Positions 23,560 through 35,691 of a stretch of DNA of 53,090 bases are shown piece by piece. Under the pieces are notes generated by a model, which was given only the letters and a program-made list of their open reading frames with translations, did no database searches and was not told the DNA's origin. Origin of the DNA: Octopus sinensis (lineage: Eukaryota); NCBI RefSeq assembly GCF_006345805.1, contig NW_021833955.1, positions 1 through 53,090 of the forward strand. Direction: 5' to 3'. Numbering within the stretch: the first letter of the stretch is position 1; the number at the start of each line of letters is the position of its first letter. Made by a program: the position numbers and the translations under genes.

Positions 23560-24420
23560 CGTCTGGATACCATTTCTAACGTCAGCCAGTTTATAGAGTG
23601 TTCTGATTGTGTTGATGTGGCACCAGTGAGGCTGAATGTTACATTGCACCAGCCTCCACGAGCGCACAAGATTAGGTACGCTCAGCTTAAAAGAGATGCA
23701 GGGGACATGCCTATATGCAAGATCAACCACGATTTTACTTCGCCTGACGTCTTTTCTCAAGCATAGCAAACCGTCCTGTGTCTCGGTCCTTGTCATCCCT
23801 TCTGTGAGACCCAACGTCTGAAGATCCTTTCTCCCCATTTCGTCCCACGTTTTCTTGGGCCTACTCCTTCCACAGTGTTTCCTTCACAATTAGAGATCAG
23901 CACCTCTTGATGAGAGAGTTTTCATTCATACGCATTACATGATCATACCAGCGCAGTCTTCTCTCTTGCACACTAGATCTAATGCCTCGTATACACAGTC
24001 CTTCTCTCAAATCACTTACAAACTGTTGTATACGCTCACTGATATTACTCATCCAGCGGACCATACTGGCTTTATTTGTTTCAAGCCTTCGCATATCTTC
24101 ACTAGTCACAGCCAATGTTTCACAATCATGTAGCGCCGCTGTTCGTACATAGGCATCATACAATCTGCCTTTCACTCAGAGGGAGTGACCTATCGTCACT
24201 AACAGATGTAGTAGCTCTCAGAACTTTTCCCAGCCTATTCTTATTCAAGCAGTTATGCCTTTGGAACAACCTCACCCCACAACATTTAACTTGGCCACCT
24301 AAGCAAACAGTCTGCTACTTCTAAGGGTCCTCCTGACTTTTGAGGGAGTCTATTTTTGTACGTTCCTAGTGTTTAAAGAACCTGGACATCTGCTACTCGT
24401 AAAGACTACATTCTCATCTT
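23560..24420 (-). mobile_element. RTE-clade LINE 3' fragment, degenerate
   Basis: Reads GCSKGITA*IRIGWEKF*ELL...KGRLYDAYVRTAALHDCET...RRLETNKASMVRWM...LREGLCIRGI...VQERRLRWYDHVMRM, then RPKKTWDE, the typical RTE/BovB-like C-terminus. Confidence 0.8.
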
Positions 24421-25445
24421 AGGCTTCCAATGATACAAATAGATGTTGAACAAATACAGCCCCAAGGTAGTCAGGACCGGCTTTAATTTCCTTGATTCCC
24501 TGATGAACTCAGTGTACAGGGAAACCGGTGACCCCCCCCCCCCAGCTCAGCATAACTCCCTTATATAGAAACATGTTTCTATAATTTTTATTCAGCAAAA
24601 TGTTGGAGAGTCATTCAAACACAATGTCATACCAACTTGAAAGATGGAATTTTCCTATATTACTCAAACAATTCTCTTCCATCACCATCATCATAGTCGT
24701 GAACATCATCCTAGGAATGTCCAGCTTCTCTCTTTCAGGCTGGTGTAGGTGGGATGTTACGGACAGTAGGTCAGAGAGCTCTGTCCAACCAATCCCTCTG
24801 CCCTTGCCTTGCTTGAAACTGAGCCTCAGTAGTATTTCTCCTTGGCATAAAACAAAAGCTGCATCTCATCTACGCTAATTCTCTGAATGAAGTTTAATAT
24901 TTTGAAATGTATCGGAGCACTGACCCTTTTCAACCAATTTGAAGCGATTCAGTTTTCTGAAAAAGGGGATTTCAGCTATAGGGCATAGAATTGGTTTCGA
25001 AACAGTAAATGATGACCTTCAGAAGATTGATAACCCATGGTTGTGTGGTTCAAAAGCTTTCTTCCTAAGTATGTGGTCGCGAGTTCAGTCCCACTTCACG
25101 GTAACTTGGGCTATTTATCTTCTCCTTTAGGTCAAAGGTTAACCAAAGGATTTGTATGTGGATTTAGTAACCGGAAACTGAAAGAAGCTCATCATGTGAG
25201 TACTTGATATCATGTGATGACTAAAAACGGCCTTACCATCAATACAAGTGATGTCCGGCCGTCGGAAAATATTGCCGTGCTTGGGAACAGGTGAGAGTTG
25301 GAACCAGCAATTGCGTCCAGCTATAGAAAATCTGCCTCAATAAATTCTGTCTGACCCATGCGAGCATGGAAAAGTAGACGTTAAATGATGACAAAGAGAA
25401 TGGCATGGGCGATGTGTGTACTTGTACATATGTATATATGTATGT

Positions 25446-25477
<32 letters not shown>

Positions 25478-25729
25478 GCATTTTTTAATCGAGACCCATT
25501 ATGATCGGTGGGAACGTCTGAGATTCTAAGTTGGGTTTCTCTAATAGCCTGACCATCGTTTCTTACACAAACGAATCTAATTTAATCCTCTTTAGAACAA
25601 ACACTGTGTATATATGTGTCGGTGTGTGTTTGTATGCCTGTGTATGTATGTTTGCGGATGTGTGTTTGTGTGCGTGCATCCGCAAATGAACTTAATGTTG
25701 TTGTAAACATATTTTAGACAGGTGGCCAA

Positions 25730-25900
25730 TACAATGCCTGATTCCATGCAGTCTCTACAAATTCTACCCGCACAGCTTATATCGATCTTGTCTAAATCTA
25801 CGATGAAGATCTGTGGTAGTCCTTACCAAGTTCTGTGTTGCCACTGAAAATTTAGAACAGCTGCTCTTCATCGAAATTACAACAAAATATCTGGAACAGA
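25730..25900 (-). pseudogene. Decayed death-domain-like segment
   Basis: Stitching frames gives FDEEQLF*...ATELGKDYHRS-IVDLDKIDI-AVRVEFVETAWNQALY, resembling death-fold helices 1-4. Requires about three frame changes and a stop. Confidence 0.4.
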
Positions 25901-26115
25901 TTCTCTCTGTGACATGCTGAAATAGTATCAAAGATTTGCAAACTAGACCTATCAAACCCCATTAATATCAAAACAGTTTTTAAAAAAGAAAATCAGGAAA
26001 ACGTATTTTGTTGAATAATATATTATTTATTTACATTGAGATGAATCACACAGCTCTATAACGTATGATGTAATATATATTTTAGAATATGTTCTGCCGT
26101 AGCTTTACAATGTAA

Positions 26116-26494
26116 CTAGCAGTATCGCCCGGCGTTGCTCAGGTTTGTAAGGTAAATAACTATAAAGCATTTTTAGAGAGTTATATCCAAAAAACAGCAA
26201 AAAGATGGAAAAAAATGATGGTAAATTTTTTTTTTAGTTAAAAAAGGTGGAGTTGAGTCCCCTAGACAGTTTGCAATTTGTGTTTCTGATTCTCGACCCC
26301 ATGTCGAATTTATCGATTTTTTTCAGAACTGGGGGAACTTTTCAAAATTTTCGCTGCGTTAGTTTTGAACTATGACATTGGGCTATGTGTGTGTCAAGTT
26401 TCATCAGAATCGGTTGAAAGCCGTGGTCAGGGTGAGGGTACGAGAAAACACACACAGAAACGCACAGACAAACTGCCGTTTATATATAGAGAGA
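26116..26494 (-). mobile_element. Non-autonomous Helitron, second subfamily
   Basis: Same CTAGCAGTATCGCCCGGCGTTGCTC(A/G)GGTTTG end and TTTATATATAGA(G/A)AGA end as 5679-6071, with a different interior. Inserted at A|T. Confidence 0.75.
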
Positions 26495-26953
26495 TATATA
26501 TTCCGAGCATTGGTTTATGAATATAATTTGTGATTATTCAAACAAACTTTCTAAGATTAAGCATTATCTTTAAATTAGGGTTAAATATATAAAATATATT
26601 CAAGTAAAGAAAAAAAAACATTTGAAAGATTTGTTGAGAGGAAAGACGACATGGTGAGAAAAGATTAGAATTGAAATGGAGTTTTGTGTTTCTTTTATAA
26701 GATTGTTAACATGTAAGAGTAACAATTTGAATCAGATAATGTCGTCATTGTGTGTGTGTGTGGATGGGGGTGAAACGCTATTCCAGTGGAATACATACAC
26801 TGTTTCTAGTTCATTAATATTTTATTATCAATTAACTAATTAGGAATCATTATGGTAACTATCTTTGTTCGAGGATCCAGGTTAAAACCTACGTATTTTG
26901 TGTGACTATTCCAGAAGCATCCCATCGAATAAAGAAATATAGTCAAAAGGCTG

Positions 26954-28917
26954 CTAATGCCAATTGCTCGTAACATATATTGATTCAATATAGGGCTTAT
27001 CTCTCATAATAAATAATCCATCAAAACGTTGTCCAAATTTCCGTAAATCATGATGAAATAATCCGAAACATGTATGCCTTGATGTGGCAGACTTCAATTC
27101 CTGAGAGCTGAGAAAGATTTCGCATTTGCTGTCTACAGATACTTGGTGGATATTGTTATTACAATCTGATATGTAAATATTTTCGCCGTGGATGGTCAAG
27201 GATTTGTTGAAAATGTTTGGAATGGTTCCTCACTTGAATCATTAGTTGTTGACTTCTTACCCAATTGTCTCTGTACCAACATACATCGTAATGATCTTCC
27301 TTGTACTTAAGAACGACGATGTCTTCATTCGATGTCACACCCATACCTACAACCTTCCCCTCTTTCCCTAAATTCACTCGCCCTTATACTCGTACATTTC
27401 ACCGCCAATGTGAAGTATGTCTGCGTATGTCCCATATGGAATATTACTACATTCATTTGGAGCGTCTTCAAAACACACACCAGATTATGGCGTTCTTTTT
27501 GTACATTAAATTGTATGGTTTTTCAGTTGTGATCTTTTTTAAAGACACAAATCTGTATCGAAGAACATCAGTTGTTTTATCGTCACGAAAGAGGACTACA
27601 AATGATTCATCGGTCCATTGACATATATCTTGAGCTTCTTTTTCAAATGTTTGACTGTAAAGCAGATGACCGTCTCCACTGGTGACCATGAGAGTACATT
27701 TATGGAGGAGCACGACGATACTATTGTCTTGTAACATAATTAGCTTAAAAGCATTAAGAAAACAAAACATCGAATTTGAATCTAGTAAACCAGATAGAGA
27801 AAATGAAAGCGGGAACATTGCTGTTCTATGTGGCAGTCTTCTCACTGATATTTCATCAATTCCTAACATACTTTCCGCTATGTAATTACCACGTCTTACT
27901 TCTATTTCCCTTGATGTACTTCTTCTTTCTCCTCCATCGCCACCGTTTTTAAGTTTGTTAAATAATTCATTACTGAACATTCCCTTGTTCTTCTGAAATG
28001 TAATGGAAGGGAAGTAAAGGCCAAAATCAATATTCGATAACGACATAGATTCCAGAACCTTCAGTTGGTCCCCATCAATTTTTATAGTATCACATTCAAT
28101 CATGTTGATATGTACACACCAGTAAATATTTCCCACTTTTCTCCATATTATACCATAAGGTACTCGACTTTCCCAAACTTTATATTTCTCCAAGTTTTGT
28201 GACTTCAGTTGAAATATTTCTTGTCTGTTAGGGACTGTGACCAAGATATTTCTTTCTCCTGTAAAACATACACCACCAACAAAACTTCCAAAATCTCTAT
28301 AACATAGCAACTTCCCGTCTTCATCAATAGTTTAACATTTCCATTATTGGCCATTTCGCACACAAGTCTTTTTACTTGAACAGGACAATTGTTTGTTTGT
28401 AACCGTGAAACGGGGAATTTTTGCCGATTAATCTTGTACAAACCTTCAATATATAAGTACGAGTCATAGTTTGCAACAATCCTCGGGCCTTTACAGTTAA
28501 TACTGTTGAAATCCAACGGACGTTTATAATGTCTTTCATTTAAGAATATTCTCTTGTATTCACCGTTCTGCAACAATGAGACAATACGATACTTTTTCGT
28601 GTTTTCATAGATGTTCTTCCGCCCAGTAATGTACAAATAAGTATCATCGGTTGCCATAGAAATGGGTCGGGAATAAATACTGTGCTTAAATGAATATAAA
28701 TATTGCCCGTTCGGGTTCAGAATAGTGATGAGCCTCTCGTATTGACATTATGTTGTCATTAGCAATAACTGAGATATGGGTGATATTATATCTGTAGCAC
28801 ATCCAAAATAAGTCTATTTCTCTCATAATACGGACAGCTGACTGTATTTCATCGATATATATATAAAACAGGCCGTTTTCAATTTCGGGTATGCAGGTAC
28901 CACCACCAACATTACTG

Positions 28918-28993
<76 letters not shown>

Positions 28994-29395
28994 GCTACAC
29001 ACCAGTAGATTGTCGGATCGACAAGCGATACAATTGTATCGATTTTCCGTGTGGTAAGTTGCCAAGATCAATGGAAATTCCACTTTTAATGTCAGAGGTT
29101 GATGGTTATTGGTCGTTATAACCAATGTGTTTGATCGCCAGCAACACATATGTCTAGGGACAACATTTAACTTGATAGAGTCAACAAGTTGACCATCAAA
29201 AGTTAATATCTTAATGTTTTGATTTGTGCTGTCATATAAAGCAACCAGGTTATTTTCTGTAATAACCAAACAACCAATCTCCACTGGATGTCTATCTCCA
29301 AAACTTTGAGGGACAACAACTTCATGAGCTTTATCAGAAACAGTGAGATCTTGTAGACAACATTTCACTGAGACTGATGTTTCTAGAAAATACAT
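26954..29395 (-). pseudogene. 3' half of giant beta-propeller exon (modules 4-6), frameshifted
   Basis: Overlapping ORFs 28823-29395, 28205-28657, 27468-28310, 27159-27377 and 26954-27199 join by frame shifts into continuous NHL-like text (e.g. VEIGCLVITENNLVALYDSTNQNIKILTFDG, VGGVCFTGERNILVTVPNRQEIF, AQDICQWTDESFVVLF, TIHGENIYISD). Confidence 0.8.
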
Positions 29396-31801
29396 CTACC
29401 AGATCGATGAACATGTTAATTTGGCTTCTTGTGACATGATCTTTCACCAGCAAGTCATGCTCATTTACAGCAAACATGCGGCTGTTGTCTATCAAATGGA
29501 CACACATTTTATCAATACGTCCACCATAGAGATTGGATTGTGTTTTCCCTTGCGACAGTAAAATATTGGGTATCATCTCAATGCTATAAGGACCACCGTC
29601 ATAACCATAGAGATTGGAGGGTGTTTTCACTTGGGATGGTAAAACACTTCTTCTCCTCTTCCTGATGATCTTGTAGAAGAATACTGCTTTCTTACCAACA
29701 ATCAATAGTTTTAGTGTTTCATTTTCTAACGATAATGATTTCATTACAAAAGGAATATTAATTTTATGAATTATTTGAACTTGATTACAATTTTTAATGT
29801 TTAAAATATCTAAATGCGATGGTTTATCGCAATAACAAATAATATGACTTTCACCCAGCTTACACACCCGTACATAAGCCTGGTTTAATGCTACACTTAT
29901 AACTGCCTTTGATACGTTTCCGAAGACCCGTAATTGCTTCTCTAGAGGTAATGTGACGCCTATCTGATTATAATTCCATCGACATACATCTGTAGCTGTA
30001 GACGGCAGAGATAATCTAGACACAATGTTCCCTTCGTTGGAAATGTATAACAAACAATCATTATATATGTCGGACAACACCAACTGTCCATTTGCCAGAT
30101 GACATATTTCACCAATGAGAACTTGGTCATTCTCCTTTTCTTCGAGTCGAATATTTAGATTTTTATTATAAGGATTTTGAAAGGTTACATGACAGTCTGA
30201 CCAGTCATGGTACTTGTAAAGAAGAATCCGACTGAGCAGATCGTCCAGCACATAAGCTGTTCCTTGGAAAACAGCAGCGTGACAGCGAAAGTTTGAAGGA
30301 AGTTTCAACTGCCATTTCCTTTGTCCAGTTATATTGTAACAAGTCATCAAAGACTCTCTCCTGAAGATAACATAGAAGTATAATTTGTCTGTGAAAACAT
30401 GATGAGGATAGCCATTGAACTCAATGTGTTTCTTGGAAAGCTCCTCACCAAAGCTTGAATAAAATAACAAGTTACGTTTCTTTCTGTCTACAACTACAAA
30501 ATTAATTGGAGTAGCAGCAATGGCGACATTGTCATGTTCCAATGTAATTCTGTTTACAATGTCGACATGATCCGTTTTAATCAATAAAATATGTACCTCC
30601 ACGTTACCTTCATTGGTGGTCAGAGCCAAACACCTATTTGATACCATATGACACATTTGAATGTAATTGTTTTCGACGTCTATTAAATCACATTCAGTTA
30701 GTTGTGGACAGGTAATATATTGAAGTTTCCTGTCCTCACTAAAAAGGACAATAAATGTGTTCGAATCCACTCTGCAGAAAACAGAAGGCTGGAGTTTAAA
30801 GGTTAAACATTTTCCACCAAACGGTTGCCCTTCGCCAGTAACTAATATAGCTTTTAGATCCCGATATATAATTACTACTGAAGAGGCTGACATAGGTAGA
30901 ATCGTTGTAATGTTGGAGGGGTCATCAATATGGATTTGGTTTATCAGGCTCGGGACATGGTCTTGGTGATGGTAAGACAGCCGAGGCCAAAAATCTTTAT
31001 TTGTCCTAATAATATGTACAAGACCAAAACGGTCAGTCAAGTAAATATTATTTGTTGCCACACAAATATATCGAGCTTTTATCCCAATTTCTCTTTGGGA
31101 CACAGCACCGTTTGCTGAAATCTTGTAAATTACATTTCCTTGCAGAGCGTAAGAATAATTTCGATATACGGTGAGGTCGGTTGGAATATCGATGGAATGG
31201 GTCCTCAACTGAAACAAGTGTCTGCCATCTATTGTGTAACAGCTAATTCTATTTATATTAGCTAAGGCTATTAAGATATGATACTGTGGACCAACTGCTA
31301 TGTTTCCAACAATTTCTTGCACACTAAATTTTTCTTCAAATTTATTTTTATCCCAGTCTATGAGATATATTGTCTTACTAAACATTTCAGTCCCTACAAA
31401 TGTAGAATGTTCGAAATAGGAAATTGTAAAGAAACTATAATCCAGAGATTTTATGTGGAAACTTGATGGATTAATGAAAACTATTTTCTTGCGGAAAGGA
31501 ATTGTGGCTAGAACAGTGTGTTCACCAATTCTTGTCATGTCTGTGACATTAGAAGAACAATGAAAATCAAAATCACCGCCTGTTGTGGCACAACTTATTA
31601 ACTTCAAATCTGGTGAATAGGTTACTATTCCATTGCAGATTTCAACGATTCTTGAAACTGTGACCAGGTTCTTGGAATCATTATCGGAGTCTGTGAGCTG
31701 CAATATTTTGGACACAGCTGGGCAAAGGGGACGGAATTTGGATGAATGCGACTTCATAATACTTTTACAGTCAAAACGTGGTATCTGCATGTAGTGATCA
31801 T
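29334..31801 (-). CDS. Large exon encoding tandem NHL/YVTN-like beta-propeller modules 1-3 (about 820 aa open)
   Basis: Uninterrupted 818-aa ORF, not low complexity. Acceptor ttgttattcAG at 31802-31803 gives a phase-1 start (x)DHYMQIP. Repeated blade motifs such as IGEICHLANGQLVLSDIYNDCLLYISNEGNIVSRLSLPSTATDVCRW, typical of mollusc TRIM/B-box-associated propellers. Confidence 0.8.
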
Positions 31802-32490
31802 CTGAATAACAATAACAACAGAAATAAAATTATATTAAATTTTCAAAAGACATGAATGGGTAATATTAATTTGTAACAGCAACTTCCTACGCAATTCGAG
31901 TCACAAACAAATCAAATCTTCTCAATTTAACAAAAACATTGCACAACATTCCTACCACACCATTTTCAAGACACTTTCCATTTCATTTATTGTAGATAAA
32001 CACGGAAATAGCAACATCAGTGGGGTTACAAGCTGGAAACACTGATATACACCAGCGGAGTTTGTTACTGAAGAGCGATATCCATGATGATCTGGCTATG
32101 TATACCTTGACCACTTCAATTGTGGTTAATACTAGAAGGTCTACACATGTACAACCACATACTGTACAATGAGGAAATAATTTATTGCATCCCGACTGCT
32201 ACCACACTCCACCCCACAAAACAAAACACTGTATTTTGTAAGTTAACTCTGTGATGTTTAACAAGATGAAAGAATGGAATATTTGACGGGTTAGATCTGG
32301 GTGTTTTTTACGGAGGCTGTGACCAGCTGCGTATTGTTATATATGTGTGTGTGTATGTATGTGAGTACTAAATATGGCCTGAGTAGCTATTACACGACCA
32401 ATCGTAAGATTTATGATCTCTCTCTTTCTCTCTCTCTCTCGCTCTCTCTCTCTTTCTTTCTCTCTCTCTCTTTCTCCTTCTCTCTTTCTT

Positions 32491-32528
<38 letters not shown>

Positions 32529-32531
32529 CTT

Positions 32532-32580
<49 letters not shown>

Positions 32581-34034
32581 GACCCCATGTTAGACGTTAA
32601 AAATTAGATTAGCCCCAACACCAATTCTATGAATGAATGAGGTAAATAAAATTCGAATAAACAAAACAGAAATTGCCTTTTACCGATTTAGAGATAACGA
32701 ATAATTATTGATAATTTATAGTCAATAACTTTCTGCACTCCACTTCCTTAATGCTGGGCTAATTCTAAATGCTCTGATTTAAAATACCAATTAGTGTTTT
32801 ACAAATATACAGATATATATGAAAATATTCACAGAAATATATAACCCTGTAATTACCCATGTGATCTTTTAGTAATTACTAGTATTTATGGCAATCCAGA
32901 AACCTGTAATTATCCATTATCTCAGTTGAGATTTGGTCAGTCTCTCTCCTAATTTAACATGTATAACTTTGATGTATTTGCAAGTAATTAGTATCCATCG
33001 CTACCTACCATCACTACCACTATCATCATTGAACGTCGGTTCCCCATTCTGGCAGGGTTTGTACGTTTTGTCAGGGGCTGGCTAGGGAGAAGAATGCACC
33101 AGGCTTCACTGTCTGATTTGGCAGGATTTTACAGCTGGATACTCTTCCCAACACCAACAACCTTACAGTGGGATCTGGATCCACAAGCACTGGTGGGGGT
33201 CACCAAAGAACTTGCAAGACAAAAAGCCTTTGAGAGGGAGAGCATTGGAGGAGGAGGTGGTCGTGTGCCAGAGGATGACAGGTTCGACTGTGACAGAGGG
33301 ATTGAAACAGGTGTCTTATAGTAGAAGACATACATGATTACCCAGTGAGAGGAGGAGGGCAAGAGAAACAGTGAGAGTGAGCAACCAAGGAATGTTAATA
33401 AATAATTAAGCACTCTGGTACCTCACACACCGTTGTAACTCAGTCTCCATCATTTACTGTTGTCAGCCTCCACCGCTTCTTCGAATCACTTTTTTTATCC
33501 TTATTGTCTCGTATCTTTTAGTCTGCATTCCGATTCTTCTATAATCTCTTCTCCCATCTTAAACATATCAGTGAACAAACACATCATAGAGTAGTGAGGA
33601 CTAACTTTCTAATAATTTGGAATGTGACTCAACCTCACTAATGCTGGTGCTATGATCAAATGCTCCCACTACACACTAGGAGGTGGTTGTTGGATGAGAG
33701 TTGACACCGTAAGTTTGAGAGGGAGGTTTAATCTTGCCGAGGACATGGCAATCTCTTGTAGTGTTTGTGCCACAATTATATTCACCCAGGACCCTTTGTA
33801 AAGTGGTTGGTGATAAGAAGGGCATACCACCATGAAAAAGCTGCTGGAATGGTTAATTGAGGGGTAATCCTCAAGCAATCATTATGGGTAGTTTACTGTT
33901 AATAAGAAATGACATGGACAGTGACCACCCATCCAGTACATGGGAGCATAGAGAGCAGATGATAAAAGGGAGAGGATGATATTATTTACTGCATTGAAAC
34001 TTGCAGATAGTGAAAGGGAGCGAGAAAGAGACAA

Positions 34035-34071
<37 letters not shown>

Positions 34072-35022
34072 CTGAGCTGCAAAGCAGCCTTCTACTTGAA
34101 TAAAGGCAATATTGAATAGATGTAATGGTTGAATAGTGGACGTAATGACAGTAAAAAAAAACAGGCTGTTCACTATTGGAACAAGTTTCACCATAACATC
34201 TGGTTAAGCAAAAGCGCCAACAACAATAATCAATCAGTAAGCTTACTAAAAATGTAAAACGAACAAACACTTTGTCATTAAATCACCTGATTACCTTTAA
34301 ACAACAAAATCATTTTAGTTCCTATTCTAAAGGACAATATTATTTTCTACTCTAGGCACAAGGCCAGGATCCTTTGGCGACGGCGCCAGTCGATTAGATC
34401 GACCCCAGTACGACCCCGAAAGGATGAAAGGCAAAATCGACCTCGGTGGAATTCATCTATCGGAGCCCAATCTATGATATGGCATTGTTCTCTCACCTCC
34501 AGATTTCCCTAATGAACTCCCAGGAAGAATGGGACGAAATGGTGAGTAATGATCTTGAAATGTTGAGCCTAACAGTCACTTGGCAGTTTTCTGTGCTTGA
34601 GAACAACCACCAACCTAAATCAAGGGCATAAGCGCCTGTTTGTCCCCCAACAATGCCTCCCCCGCACATGTCGCATTCTCCTCCATTCTCCCTCATGTAC
34701 CTACATGCACATATGATGCCCTACTGTTTCTCATCCCCAACCATATCCACCATTCCTCCTCCCTCTACTACCTTCCTTTCACAAACTTATAAACTAACCC
34801 CCATCCTCACAGATCACTCTCTGTCGTATTTCACCATTTTCTCTATCGACACATGAGGCAGCCATAGAAACAAAGGCAAAATAGACATTTGTGGGCTGTT
34901 ATTTTATACTTATCAACTGGCTCTGCTACCATCGTCTGCACTTATTTCCCTTCAAGCTTTAGATTCTCTGAAATAAATATTGTTTACAGTAAAATCTTTT
35001 TATCATTATCAATAATCTATAT

Positions 35023-35381
35023 GTGAAGGCGCATGGCTCAGTGGTTAGAGCGTCGAGCTTACGATCGTGAGCTTACGATCGTGAGGTTGTGAGCTCGAAT
35101 CCCGGACCGGGCTGCGTGTTGTGTTCTCGAGCAAGGCACTTTATTTCACGTTGCTCCAGTTCACTCAGCTGTAGAAATGAGTTGCGACGTCACTGGTGCC
35201 AAGCTGTATCGACCTTTGTCTTTCCCCTGGATAACACTGGTGGCGTGGAGAGGGGAGGCTGGTATGCATGGGCGACTGCTGGCCTTCCATAAAAACAACC
35301 TTGCCCAGACTTGTGTCTAGGAGGGTAACTTTCTAGGTGCAATCCCATGGTCATTCATGACCGAAGGGGGTCTTTACCCTT
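35023..35381 (+). mobile_element. tRNA-derived SINE, family A
   Basis: GTGAAGGCGCATGGCTCAGTGGTTAGAGCG head, with a tandem 14-bp duplication (GAGCTTACGATCGT x2) between the A and B boxes. Confidence 0.85.
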
Positions 35382-35640
35382 TATATTCTGCTATTGTGAG
35401 AGATTTCTACCATCAATGGTCTACAAGAGTTCACGCAGGTTTCGGTCAATATTTATATACTTTCAACAGTGGGCCCATTATTTATGCCCTCCACAAAATT
35501 GATTGGCATTCCTAAATCTCCGCTCTCAATTAAGACATCTTACATATCTCATTTACTTCTCAAGTATCATCCTTAATAAAGTAGATGAGGTAATGGCAAA
35601 CTTGATAGAAATCAATAAGGTAATGTTGATTTATACTCAC

Positions 35641-35691
35641 CAACTGGTTCTACTTCTGTTTCAACTTCATTGTCAACAAGCATTGAAGAAT
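35641..35691 (-). CDS. Putative 51-nt symmetric (phase 1-1) exon upstream of the propeller exon
   Basis: Minus strand ctatttcAG|ATTCTTCAATG...CCAGTTG|GTGAGT, reading DSSMLVDNEVETEVEPV. Phase is compatible with the acceptor at 31801. Confidence 0.45.

Noticed and set aside
33094-33321. 75-aa ORF in moderately GC-rich sequence
   Set aside because: No recognisable domain, no supporting splice structure, and it lies antisense within the putative intron.
35023-35110. tRNA gene (also heads at 5100-5173, 39560, 43379 and 51574)
   Set aside because: The A/B boxes continue into shared SINE bodies, with no complete cloverleaf or acceptor stem.
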